Shown: piece by piece, positions 32,433 to 42,075 of the stretch
How the letters are laid out: each line of letters starts with the position of its first letter
Numbering within the stretch: the first letter of the stretch is position 1
Assembly: GCA_036339735.1 (NCBI GenBank)
Contig: JAYZAL010000064.1
Coordinates: 1 to 64,000 of the forward strand
DNA: 64,000 nt
Source of the DNA: Candidatus Poribacteria bacterium
GTDB lineage: Bacteria > Poribacteria > WGA-4E > UBA9662
Reading direction: 5' to 3'
Position numbers and translations under genes: made by a program
Notes under the pieces: generated by a model
Told to the model about the DNA's origin: nothing
Database searches by the model: none
Seen by the model: only the letters and a program-made list of their open reading frames with translations

Positions 32433-33437
32433 TTATTGTTCCCAAAATCGGTTTAATTTTTTTCTGTCTACTGCGACACACCCAACTTCAGTTACAACAA
32501 TGCCTCCGGCCATATTAGCCATCTGTGCTGCTTGGAATGGTGTAAGGCCAGCTGATAAGGCCATAGTAAATACAGCGATAACAGTATCACCGGCCCCCGT
32601 AACATCAAATACGTCTTGAGCTTTTGTCTCAATATGTTGAACTTTTAACTGACCTTCAGAAGTTTTTTCAAATAGACTCATTCCATGCTCTCCTCTAGTA
32701 ATAAGTAGGTGAGCCAAATCTAACCGTTCTAATATTTTTTGTCCTACTTTTAATAAGGTTTTTTGATCCAAAATTCGAACACCAACAGCAATACTTGCCT
32801 CTTTTTGGTTAGGTGTAATGGAGGTAACACCTTCATAACTCCAAAAATTTTCTACTTTTGGGTCTACTGTTACTGGTATACGGTTGAGCTTCGTTTTTGA
32901 GGTAACTGCTCGGATCAATTCACTATTTACAACACCTTTATCATAATCAGCAAAAATCACCGCATCGACCGTATCCACTTTTTCTAAAATGACGCTCAAA
33001 AGTTGGCTATGTAGGGGTTGAACAGAATATTGGGTTGACTCTTTATCTATACGCACAATCTGTTGATTGCCAGCTATGATTCTGGTTTTTGTGCTTGTAG
33101 GTCGATTGTTGTCAACTCTAACAGCACTGGTTGTGACAGACTGTTCTTGCAGAAGGCTGATTAACTTCTCACCATTTTCGTCAGCACCAACCAAACCAAC
33201 AACTTCAACCTGTCCCGATAAACTAGCAATATTACAAGCTACATTCGCGGCACCACCCAAGCGAAAGGTTTCTTTTTGAACTTCTACCACTGGCACTGGC
33301 GCCTCAGGAGAAATACGATTAACATCTCCCCAAATATATTGATCAAGTACTAGGTCTCCGATAACCAATAACTTTTTCTGAGCCATTAACTCTAGGTCAG
33401 GATGAATTTTTGGTCGCTCAATTGGGCAGGAGTTCAT
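32433..33437 (-). CDS. hldA: Heptose-7-phosphate kinase (RfaE/HldE domain I)
   Basis: GDLVLDQY, RISPEAPVPVV, GGAANVA, DVTGAGDTV; start moved to ATG 33437 (GAGGGG RBS), removing the overlap with the next gene. Confidence 0.92.
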   Translation of the reverse strand: MNSCPIERPKIHPDLELMAQKKLLVIGDLVLDQYIWGDVNRISPEAPVPVVEVQKETFRLGGAANVACNIASLSGQVEVVGLVGADENGEKLISLLQEQSVTTSAVRVDNNRPTSTKTRIIAGNQQIVRIDKESTQYSVQPLHSQLLSVILEKVDTVDAVIFADYDKGVVNSELIRAVTSKTKLNRIPVTVDPKVENFWSYEGVTSITPNQKEASIAVGVRILDQKTLLKVGQKILERLDLAHLLITRGEHGMSLFEKTSEGQLKVQHIETKAQDVFDVTGAGDTVIAVFTMALSAGLTPFQAAQMANMAGGIVVTEVGCVAVDRKKLNRFWEQ

Positions 33438-33507
33438 ATTTTTATCATTTCCCCTCAATATCACTTGTACTAAAAAGCCATTAGCTGACAGGAGTTCCAG
33501 TAGGTTT

Positions 33508-34338
33508 TCAATACAATTTATGTTTTTGAAGCCAAGGCCGAAATAACTTTTGCTGCTTAGCCTCATATCGTCCCCAAGTTTCTTCTGTTATGTAGGGAGG
33601 TTCATCCATTGTAGCAATGTTTTGTGACATCATCCAAGACGGCCCATAGCCAACATGTAGAGTTTTTCTTGTTTTTTGACTACTGTTTGTAAACCCCCCA
33701 TGTCTCAAATTTTCAGTAAATAGAATAGCATCACCAGCATCGACTTCCAGTCCAATCATGCCTGGCTCATCATTTACTGAACATTTATAAGGTGAATTGA
33801 AATTGGATTTGTGTGTACCTGGAACAACACAAAAAGCACCTTCTTCAGATTTGACTGAGTGGATGAAATAGATGATTCGTACCATCATACAGTCAATGCC
33901 TTTCGAATTAAATGTATATCTATATTTGTGGCTCAGGGGGCCACCCATGTGTGTACTACTGAAGTTGCCCGGATAGCGAATTCGTAACTCTGAATTATTA
34001 ATTCCAATTTCTTCTTGTACAATTGCTGATATATACTCCATTGATTTTTCGTGACTGACCAAAAAATCAAATGCAGGTGAAAAATTGAAAAAGTCTTCGA
34101 TAATCAAAGTTTCTCCACTCTCAATTCCTCCTTGAAAGTGATAACCATGATCAGGGCAAAGATAATATTTGGGTCCCCACTTGCTAATTTTTCTTTTGGG
34201 TTTATCTAACTTCGACCTCGCATGTGTCTCAAGTTGTTCGATGGTACACGATAGTGAATGGATTTCAGCCGTTGTTAGAAATTGGGGAATATGAATAAAA
34301 CCTTGGCGATCAAATTCATATAGTTCAATTTGATTCAT
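33508..34338 (-). CDS. PhyH-family protein with H-x-G motif
   Basis: YEFDRQGF, THMGG, GAFCVVPGTHKSN, AGDAILFTENLRHG, RKTL..GY. Confidence 0.85.
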   Translation of the reverse strand: MNQIELYEFDRQGFIHIPQFLTTAEIHSLSCTIEQLETHARSKLDKPKRKISKWGPKYYLCPDHGYHFQGGIESGETLIIEDFFNFSPAFDFLVSHEKSMEYISAIVQEEIGINNSELRIRYPGNFSSTHMGGPLSHKYRYTFNSKGIDCMMVRIIYFIHSVKSEEGAFCVVPGTHKSNFNSPYKCSVNDEPGMIGLEVDAGDAILFTENLRHGGFTNSSQKTRKTLHVGYGPSWMMSQNIATMDEPPYITEETWGRYEAKQQKLFRPWLQKHKLY

Positions 34339-34344
34339 TTTGAT

Positions 34345-35277
34345 TCATTTCTGTTTGATTAAATAATCAAATACAGCCTCTAGATTATTATCAAGTGAAT
34401 ACATTTGTTCAATTTGTATACGATTTTCTAGAACAAATTTTGCTATCAGTTCGTAAAATTGATTTGGCCTATGAGTTTCTACTATCAAACGATTTACATT
34501 TTCCTCTAATCGAACCGCAAAAACATCTTCGAAAGAAACACAAACTTCTGCCAATTTTCGAGGGTTTCGGCATATAACACAAATTTTATGCAAATGGCTA
34601 TCCATCTGGTCCCGAATGTCAGAAATTTTACCCTTGGCTACTAGCTTTCCATGCTGCATCAATAAAATATTATCGGTCAAAGATTCAGCTTCTTGCAGCA
34701 TATGGCTAGAAACAAGAACACAATGACCTGATTCTCCCAATGAGCGAATGAGCCTGATCGTTTCACTTCGTCCAACGGGATCCATCCCATTAAATGGCTC
34801 ATCAAGAAGGATAAGATTCGGATCATGAACTAGAGTTTGGGCTAACTTAAGGCGTTGCCGCATCCCTTTACTATATGTTCCTATTTTCTGATTCATCTGT
34901 TCTGCTAATCCAACAGTCTTCATAATAGACCAAACTTTCTGATCTAATTTATCCTTAGGAATCAAGCTAAGCTGAGCAAGAAAACGAATCATTCCAAAAC
35001 CAGTCATGTCCCAGTAAAAGTCTTCGCTGTCAGGACAAAAACCAATCCTGTGATATAAAGTTGGATTATTCCATATTGATTCACCCCAGACTAAAAGGTC
35101 CCCAAGATTTGGCTTGAGCTGTCCTGCGATCAAACGTAGTAATGTCGATTTGCCAGCACCATTTGGTCCGACTAAAGCCGTAATACCCAATTCGAAACTG
35201 ACAGTAACATCGTTTAAAGCAATAACTTGACCAAACCATTTTGACAACTTGTCCGTTTGAATTATAGCTTCAGCCAC
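34345..35277 (-). CDS. ABC transporter ATP-binding protein
   Basis: GPNGAGKST, YSKGMRQR, LLDEP, SSH. Confidence 0.95.
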   Translation of the reverse strand: MAEAIIQTDKLSKWFGQVIALNDVTVSFELGITALVGPNGAGKSTLLRLIAGQLKPNLGDLLVWGESIWNNPTLYHRIGFCPDSEDFYWDMTGFGMIRFLAQLSLIPKDKLDQKVWSIMKTVGLAEQMNQKIGTYSKGMRQRLKLAQTLVHDPNLILLDEPFNGMDPVGRSETIRLIRSLGESGHCVLVSSHMLQEAESLTDNILLMQHGKLVAKGKISDIRDQMDSHLHKICVICRNPRKLAEVCVSFEDVFAVRLEENVNRLIVETHRPNQFYELIAKFVLENRIQIEQMYSLDNNLEAVFDYLIKQK

Positions 35278-35285
35278 AAAATATA

Positions 35286-36323
35286 CTACAAAAAAGCTCT
35301 TTTGAGATTCACATTAAAAGGCGGCTTTATTATCCCTTTCTCTGTTATTATAGACGTAATTAAGTGAGCTGGTGTAACATCAAAGGCTGGACTATAGACC
35401 TTAACGCCTTCTGGTGCTGTACGCAGGCCGAAACCTTCAGTTACTTCTTCGGCACTTCTTTCTTCAATAGGAATTTGATCACCATTCTCCAAAGACATAT
35501 CGACTGTCGATGTTGGTGCTGCCACATAAAATGGCACACCATGTTGCTGAGCCATCACAGCTACCATGTAAGTTCCTATTTTATTTGCAGTATCTCCATT
35601 CGCTGCAATTCGGTCCGCACCGACAACAACTCTTTGAATATAGCCCTCTTTCATTACTTGACCTGCGACACTGTCGCAAATCAATGTAACGTCAATGCCC
35701 GCTCTCATGAGTTCCCAAGTAGTCAATCTTGCTCCTTGCAATAATGGTCGTGTTTCATCCGCATATACATGAATTTGTTTTCCCATTTCATGTGCAGAGA
35801 ACATTACAGCTAGAGCTGTTCCATAGTCTGAGGTAGCTAAACCACCAGCATTACAGTGAGTCAGGATGTTATCCCCATTTTCAATCAAGCCCGCACCGTA
35901 TTTTCCAATTGATCGGCTCATCTGTTGATCTTCACTCATAATCTCCAAAGATTCAGTTAGGAGTCGCTCCTTCAATTCGGGAACTGTCAGGCTTTGGTTT
36001 TCTTGGGCGACCTTAACCATTCTTTTAAGAGCCCAGAATAGATTAACTGCTGTCGGTCTGGAGGTTGATAGATAATCTGTTATATTCTTAAGCTCAATCT
36101 CAAAATCAGCGTAATTATCAGCTGTTGAGCGCCAAACCCCTAAAACCGTACCAAATGCAGCTGCAATGCCAATTGCTGGTGCCCCACGAACCTTTAAAGT
36201 TTTGATTGCTTGCCAAATTTCACTTACTTCATCACAATAAATTTGTTTAAATTCATTAGGTAATAATGTTTGGTCAATTAAGCGAATACGTCCATTAATC
36301 CATTCAATCGTCGGTGTGAACAT
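35286..36323 (-). CDS. mtnA: S-methyl-5-thioribose-1-phosphate isomerase
   Basis: VRGAPAIG, RPTAVNL, LTHCNAGGLAT, ETRPLLQGARLT, NKIGTY, PAFDVTP. Confidence 0.97.
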   Translation of the reverse strand: MFTPTIEWINGRIRLIDQTLLPNEFKQIYCDEVSEIWQAIKTLKVRGAPAIGIAAAFGTVLGVWRSTADNYADFEIELKNITDYLSTSRPTAVNLFWALKRMVKVAQENQSLTVPELKERLLTESLEIMSEDQQMSRSIGKYGAGLIENGDNILTHCNAGGLATSDYGTALAVMFSAHEMGKQIHVYADETRPLLQGARLTTWELMRAGIDVTLICDSVAGQVMKEGYIQRVVVGADRIAANGDTANKIGTYMVAVMAQQHGVPFYVAAPTSTVDMSLENGDQIPIEERSAEEVTEGFGLRTAPEGVKVYSPAFDVTPAHLITSIITEKGIIKPPFNVNLKRAFL

Positions 36324-36407
36324 CAGCTTTACCTCATCGCAGCAGGCATTGTAGCACAGACAACTGATGGTCGCAATAATGAATCAATGCCATTTATTAT
36401 CTTTACC

Positions 36408-36436
36408 TTGCACGGTTAATTTCAATTTCATATACT
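36408..36436 (+). promoter_or_regulatory. Sigma70 promoter about 450 bp upstream of pcrA
   Basis: TTGCAC-17-TATACT. Confidence 0.55.
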
Positions 36437-36453
36437 TCCTGTAGTATATTCAT

Positions 36454-36891
36454 ATGTGTACAGGCAACTTAATAACCAGATAATGTGTTGACAATTTTTC
36501 TCGATCAAGATCGACTGAAAGCAGCTTTGCGCTTTTTACCCGAAGTAAAGAGACCCGGGTTTCAGCATTACAACCAGAATCTGAAAAAGGCGGATCCGAT
36601 CTAGTAATTCTTTTGATGTATCTGACCAGTTCTTTTATTCCAGTTTAATTACTTCTGGGTGGCTAATTCAATGAGAGCTTGAATCCCACGCCTTTTACTT
36701 TCAGAGATCAGCTCTTAGGACGTCGAATCTCGACCATATCGATATCACTGATTTTTTGAATAACGGCTAAAAATTTTGATGTTGATCCTCAGAAAGAGTC
36801 GATCAACACACCACAAGAAGATATTACTTACTCTGATGTAAAAGCTTCGAAAACTGGAGCAGTTTTGCTAATTTATTTTCGTGAGGAATAA
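36454..36891 (+). pseudogene. Possible decayed ORF upstream of pcrA
   Basis: One frame from ATG 36454 to TAA 36889-36891 (TAATG overlap with the pcrA start) broken by four stops at 36481, 36646, 36664 and 36757. Confidence 0.3.
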
Positions 36892-39059
36892 TGGAAATTA
36901 CACAGCTACTACAAAGTCTAAACCCAATACAACAAGAGGCTGTTAGGCAAGTTGAGGGACCTCTTTTGCTATTGTCTGGCGCTGGTAGTGGTAAAACACG
37001 GGTTATAACGTATCGGATTGCGCATCTTATCCATCACTATGAGATTTCACCATACAACATTTTGGCAGTGACCTTCACTAATAAAGCCGCAAGTGAAATG
37101 AAAAATCGTCTAGCTCACCTCATTAGTGAAGAGGTGAGTCAAAAAATTTGGGTTTCGACGTTTCATTCAAGTTGTGCCAGAATCTTAAGAAGACATATTG
37201 ATCGTCTCGGTTACCATACATCATTCACTATTTATGATTCTGCAGATCAAATCACGTTAATTAAATCATTATTGAAAGAATTTCAATTTAGGGAAGAATT
37301 GCACAACCCTCGAGCGGTGAAAAGCCGCATCAGCGATGCAAAAAACCAACTGATGAGCCCAACAGATTATGACGTCTCCATTCGATCTGAGTCTGGCTTT
37401 GTTAATCCCTTTGAAGAAAATGTATCTCAGATTTTTTCTGCTTACCAGAAAAAACTCAGAGCAAATAACGCTCTGGACTTTGATGATCTGATTTTAATGA
37501 CAGTTCAGCTGTTTGAGACTTTTCCTGATGTATTGGAATTTTACCAAAAACGTTTTCAATATATTATGGTTGATGAATATCAGGATACGAATCAATGTCA
37601 GTATCGTTTGGTTCGAGCCTTGGCTAGAAAGCACAAAAACCTTTGTGTGGTTGGAGATGATGATCAATCGATTTATGCATTTCGTGGTGCAGATATTAAC
37701 AACATTTTAAACTTTGAACAGGATTACCAAAACATAAGAATTTTACGCTTAGAACAAAATTATCGTTCAACGCAGAATATACTTGAGGCAGCTAACTTAG
37801 TAATTCAAAATAACAATCAAAGAAAAGAAAAATCGCTATGGACTGAAAATCAGTCAGGTGAACTCATCCGCATATTTGAAGCTAGCGATGAAGTTGAAGA
37901 AGCAAATTATGTGGTTAACGAAATTCGAAATTACAAACACAAAGGTAAATCCTACAGTGATTGTGTGATTTTCTACCGAATCAATGCACAATCGCGTACT
38001 TTTGAAGAGGCCTTGCGTGAAGAAAATATTCCTTACCAAATTATTGGAGGAACTAAGTTTTACGATCGGATGGAAATTAAGGATATGCTAGCTTACCTGA
38101 AGATTATCGTCAACCCTAGTGATTCAGTAAGTTTGCGTCGAATTATCAATGTCCCGGCCAGAGGTATTGGGGGGAAGACCTTAGCTCGCCTAGAAGATTT
38201 TGCTCAATCTAATCAAATTTCGCTGATGAATGCAGTTCGACGTGTGTTTGAAATCGAAAACATTCGGGCTTCTACCCAAAGTAGAATTAAAGACTTTTCT
38301 GAGTTGATAAATAATTATCAACCAACTGATACACCAGCACAAACACTTGATGATCTGATGCATCGTTCAGGATACCTAGCAGCTTTACGTCAGGAAAATA
38401 CAATTGAGACACAAACTCGTATTGAAAACTTGAATGCTTTAGTTAACGGCGTATTTAGTTACGAATCATCTGCTCCAGAACTAACTCTGAGCGGCTATTT
38501 AGAGTCAGTAGCTTTGACTTCGGATATTGATAGTCTTTCGGATCAACATGATGTTGTATCTCTAATGACTTTGCATAATGCGAAAGGCCTTGAATTTCCT
38601 ATTGTTTTTATGGCTGGTATGGAAGAAGGATTTCTACCGCATCAACGATCTATGGAATCTCTAAAAGAGTTGGAGGAAGAGCGACGTCTATGTTACGTAG
38701 GTATTACTCGAGCCGAAGAACAATTACACCTAACACATTCAAAAACTCGTCGGACATTCGGCAATTTTGATTATAGAATTTCCTCTCGGTTCTTAGACGA
38801 AATCCCTCCAGATTTACTCGAATCTGTTCAAAAACACATGGAAACAAAAGTTGATCGAGTCGTTTCGACTTTTGACCCTGATGAATCAGGTTATTTAGAA
38901 TGTTACCAAGTTGGCCAAATTGTCTACCATAGACGATTTGGCCGTGGACGCATAAAAGCAATCTTTGGCTCCGGAGAGAACAGCCGAATAACAATCCGTT
39001 TTGACCGCGCAGGAGAAAAAACACTGATGCAATCTTATGCTAACTTACAAATTACATGA
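36891..39059 (+). CDS. pcrA: ATP-dependent DNA helicase PcrA/UvrD
   Basis: GAGSGKT, VDEYQDTN, VGDDDQSIY, LEQNYRS, TLHNAKGLEF, EEERRLCYVGITRA, C-terminal Tudor-like domain. Confidence 0.97.
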   Translation: MEITQLLQSLNPIQQEAVRQVEGPLLLLSGAGSGKTRVITYRIAHLIHHYEISPYNILAVTFTNKAASEMKNRLAHLISEEVSQKIWVSTFHSSCARILRRHIDRLGYHTSFTIYDSADQITLIKSLLKEFQFREELHNPRAVKSRISDAKNQLMSPTDYDVSIRSESGFVNPFEENVSQIFSAYQKKLRANNALDFDDLILMTVQLFETFPDVLEFYQKRFQYIMVDEYQDTNQCQYRLVRALARKHKNLCVVGDDDQSIYAFRGADINNILNFEQDYQNIRILRLEQNYRSTQNILEAANLVIQNNNQRKEKSLWTENQSGELIRIFEASDEVEEANYVVNEIRNYKHKGKSYSDCVIFYRINAQSRTFEEALREENIPYQIIGGTKFYDRMEIKDMLAYLKIIVNPSDSVSLRRIINVPARGIGGKTLARLEDFAQSNQISLMNAVRRVFEIENIRASTQSRIKDFSELINNYQPTDTPAQTLDDLMHRSGYLAALRQENTIETQTRIENLNALVNGVFSYESSAPELTLSGYLESVALTSDIDSLSDQHDVVSLMTLHNAKGLEFPIVFMAGMEEGFLPHQRSMESLKELEEERRLCYVGITRAEEQLHLTHSKTRRTFGNFDYRISSRFLDEIPPDLLESVQKHMETKVDRVVSTFDPDESGYLECYQVGQIVYHRRFGRGRIKAIFGSGENSRITIRFDRAGEKTLMQSYANLQIT

Positions 39060-39068
39060 GGATAATCC

Positions 39069-39362
39069 ATGTCAAAAATTATTAGTATCGAAGACGTTCA
39101 ACATATTAGCAATCTGGCTCGTTTAACACTTAACAGTGAGGAGGTAAAAGCGAGTCAAGAACAGTTATCTCACATTCTGGACTATATTGAGAAACTCAAT
39201 CAGCTAGACACGGAAGATGTTCACCCTACTTCTCATGTAATACCCATTCGAAACGTAACAAAGGCTGATGATCAAAAAGACTTATTTGAGCGAGATGAAA
39301 TTTTGGCCAATGCTCCCTCTAGTGAACAAGGATATTTTGAAGTTCCTCAGGTTATTGAATAA
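39069..39362 (+). CDS. gatC: Asp/Glu-tRNA amidotransferase subunit C
   Basis: V.HI.NLARL, ILDYIEKLNQLDT..V.PTSH, LANAP....GYF.VP.VIE. Confidence 0.95.
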   Translation: MSKIISIEDVQHISNLARLTLNSEEVKASQEQLSHILDYIEKLNQLDTEDVHPTSHVIPIRNVTKADDQKDLFERDEILANAPSSEQGYFEVPQVIE

Positions 39363-39382
39363 CCAGTCGTTAGATTAGAAAA

Positions 39383-40258
39383 ATGGAAGTGCAACAAACA
39401 ATAAAAGCCACTCGATCTTGGAGTCAACGTCATCGATATCAAGGGAAGTCAGTTGGCTTTGTTCCAACCATGGGTGCCTTGCATCAAGGACATCTCAGTT
39501 TAGTTCGCCAAGCCCGAAAAGATAATGATTTTGTTGTAGTAAGCGTATTCGTTAACCCAATTCAATTTGCACCTAATGAAGATTTTGATAATTATCCCAG
39601 AAAATTTAGGCTAGACTTAGACTTACTCGAGAAAGAATGCGTTGATCTGGTTTTTGCACCTAGCAGTCAAGAAATGTACCCACAAGATGATAACCGTATG
39701 AACCAGACATGGTTGGACGTCGTTGGGCCAATTACTGAAGGACTATGCAGTACTAGTCGACCGACTTTTTTTCGTGGTGTAACAACTGTTGTGGCTAAAT
39801 TATTTAATATCGTTCAACCAAAACGTGCTTACTTTGGATGGAAAGATGCACAACAACTAGCAGCAATCCGACAAATGGTGAATGACTTGAACTTTGATCT
39901 AGAAGTAATCGGCTTGCCTATAGTACGAGAAGACGATGGTTTAGCTATGAGTTCACGAAACGTCTATTTAACAAAAGATGAACGCCAAGAGGCCAAAATG
40001 GTCTACCAATCCTTGGAACTAGCAAAATCCCAAATTCTACGAGGGGGGCAGTCTGTAAAAAAAATCACGGATGAGATGAAACTACTAGTGGAAGACTCGC
40101 CATTGATTCGAATTGACTATATTACAATTGTCTCTAGTCAAACATTCAGCCTAATCTCAGAACTTGAGCACGGACAAGATATCTTAATAGCAATAGCTGC
40201 TTATGTCGGAAACACCCGTTTAATTGATAATTTCCGACTAAAAGTTCCCCAGTTTTAA
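39383..40258 (+). CDS. panC: Pantoate--beta-alanine ligase
   Basis: VPTMGALHQGHLSL, SVFVNP.QF, GVTTVVAKLF, DGLAMSSRN, RLIDN. Confidence 0.98.
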   Translation: MEVQQTIKATRSWSQRHRYQGKSVGFVPTMGALHQGHLSLVRQARKDNDFVVVSVFVNPIQFAPNEDFDNYPRKFRLDLDLLEKECVDLVFAPSSQEMYPQDDNRMNQTWLDVVGPITEGLCSTSRPTFFRGVTTVVAKLFNIVQPKRAYFGWKDAQQLAAIRQMVNDLNFDLEVIGLPIVREDDGLAMSSRNVYLTKDERQEAKMVYQSLELAKSQILRGGQSVKKITDEMKLLVEDSPLIRIDYITIVSSQTFSLISELEHGQDILIAIAAYVGNTRLIDNFRLKVPQF

Positions 40259-41319
40259 TTCTTTGTTACTGAAATTGTGTCATCCACAAAGAATCCCTTA
40301 CTTGACTTAGGTGGAATGCTTAGTTCAACCAGGTTGTCGCTAACAGCAGACACCACTCCTGTTAATTCACGCATGACTCCCAATTTGATCATTTGTCCAG
40401 TTACTGGGTGAATAATTTCTTTGGGCGTTTTACTCAAAGTCAACTTGTTTCCACTCTCAACTTTATTAGGATTAATGCCCGCCATTTGTAGTATATCCCC
40501 TCTTATCGCAATGATCATGGCATTACCTAATAAACTTTTTTGTAGCTGTCCAACCAAGTTCTGGGGGGGGCGCTTAATTCTATCATATATTCCTACAATA
40601 TGCTGAGGCTTACTTTCTATCCCGGGTACGATAATAACTTCGCGGTCGATTTTATGTAATAGCTCAAAGGATGCAATCCCCTCTCCAGCATTTTTACCAA
40701 ATGCAACAGAAATTTCATTTCCATCGGCGTCTACTAAATTTATCTCCTGGTCTGGTTTAAATGGTACTTGTGGGCCGTTATCTAGGGATGCTGCTAGTTG
40801 ATTCGTTTCGGTTTCAGCCAGTCTTTCTTCTATGTCAGATCCTGCACCTTCAAATTTTCTTACTAAAATGGAGTGCCGTCCCAGTACTAGCAAACACTTG
40901 GCAGGTAATCGAACCAGTCGGATATTAGTACCAATATCGATCAGTGGCGGGCTTGTTTTGCTCCGGTCATCTGTTGTAACTTCGAAATCAGAGAGATAAA
41001 GAGTTGATCGGTTCTGATCTACATCGATAACTAACCCCATACCCAGAGGCGTTTTAATCGTTTGTGTCAGATTCGCATTAGCATCATACAAAATCTTTGG
41101 CCTATATATCTCTAATGTCATACCACGTCTAACTCCATCTAATCTACCCAAATTAACATTAACTCGCCGCGAGTTTATACTCAGAATTCGACCATCTTCG
41201 GGTGTAGATGAAATGGATCTTTTTTCTTCTTTTGCTTGGTGGTCATCCGATAGAGAACTGATGGTGATCATCATAACACCAATAGTGATGAGGCACCAAA
41301 GAACATAGTCTTTTTTCAT
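40255..41319 (-). CDS. Exported protein with 2-3 FlgT C-terminal-like beta-barrel repeats
   Basis: N-terminal hydrophobic segment; VNVNLGRLDGVRRGMTLEIYR and IIHPVTGQ.I.LG resemble FlgT_C-type domains (by eye). Confidence 0.55.
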   Translation of the reverse strand: MKKDYVLWCLITIGVMMITISSLSDDHQAKEEKRSISSTPEDGRILSINSRRVNVNLGRLDGVRRGMTLEIYRPKILYDANANLTQTIKTPLGMGLVIDVDQNRSTLYLSDFEVTTDDRSKTSPPLIDIGTNIRLVRLPAKCLLVLGRHSILVRKFEGAGSDIEERLAETETNQLAASLDNGPQVPFKPDQEINLVDADGNEISVAFGKNAGEGIASFELLHKIDREVIIVPGIESKPQHIVGIYDRIKRPPQNLVGQLQKSLLGNAMIIAIRGDILQMAGINPNKVESGNKLTLSKTPKEIIHPVTGQMIKLGVMRELTGVVSAVSDNLVELSIPPKSSKGFFVDDTISVTKN

Positions 41320-41325
41320 GATTTT

Positions 41326-42069
41326 TTACCAACGGAACCTAATTTCTCCAAAGATACCATTTCCAGTTGTTAGATAGGATGTCTGAACCACCGAATCAGT
41401 ATCTTGGTCTTGGATTAAAAATAGAACAGCGCTTGTAGTTAAACTCAAAACCGAAGCACCAAGTAACAATCCAGTTTGCCTATCGAGTTGTTGTGTTTTT
41501 GATTTGAACTCATCGGCTTTTGTTTTTACTAAAGCTTGTTTGAACATTTTATATGTACTATCTGCTCGATGGTTTGAGTAATATGCAGCAATGCTCAATG
41601 CTCCACCAATAGATAATGCCGTCCAAGCAAAGGGATTTGATTGGCGACGGTATGGCTGATCGTAATCAGAAGAACCAGCTAAATCTGGCAAATCTTGATT
41701 TAGAATACTAATACCATCTTTGGTCTGAACAACCTCTTGAACGGATACTAGGTCTGCAAAGCGTACCATTTTCCCAGTATCTGTCTCCGTGATTCTCGTT
41801 ATAGCACTATGTTCATAAGACTCAAGGACCTCTAGGCGAGCTACAGGAGATAGCTGATGTTCAATAGATTCGTATGCATAGCAGATATCACCTTCCTGCA
41901 AGTCATAATCCTTTCCCATATCAATATAGACAAAGCTTCGATCAACTAGGAGAACGTATCCTTGGTCCCAACCATCGAGAGCCATAGCAACATCAGCGAT
42001 CATACCAGCGAATAACAAGCAATAGAAGAAAAATCTTAACTTTAAACTCATTCTTAGAACTCTATTCAC
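41326..42069 (-). CDS. Exported protein with an FlgT_C-like domain and a C-terminal membrane hairpin
   Basis: Signal peptide; VYIDMGKDYDLQEGD; two Gly/Ala-rich hydrophobic helices; ends GIFGEIRFRW. Confidence 0.5.
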   Translation of the reverse strand: MNRVLRMSLKLRFFFYCLLFAGMIADVAMALDGWDQGYVLLVDRSFVYIDMGKDYDLQEGDICYAYESIEHQLSPVARLEVLESYEHSAITRITETDTGKMVRFADLVSVQEVVQTKDGISILNQDLPDLAGSSDYDQPYRRQSNPFAWTALSIGGALSIAAYYSNHRADSTYKMFKQALVKTKADEFKSKTQQLDRQTGLLLGASVLSLTTSAVLFLIQDQDTDSVVQTSYLTTGNGIFGEIRFRW

Positions 42070-42075
42070 AAAGAT

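Noticed and set aside
33438-33566. N-terminal extension of hldA in the ORF track
   Set aside because: It overlaps the PhyH gene; ATG 33437 has an RBS and fits the family length
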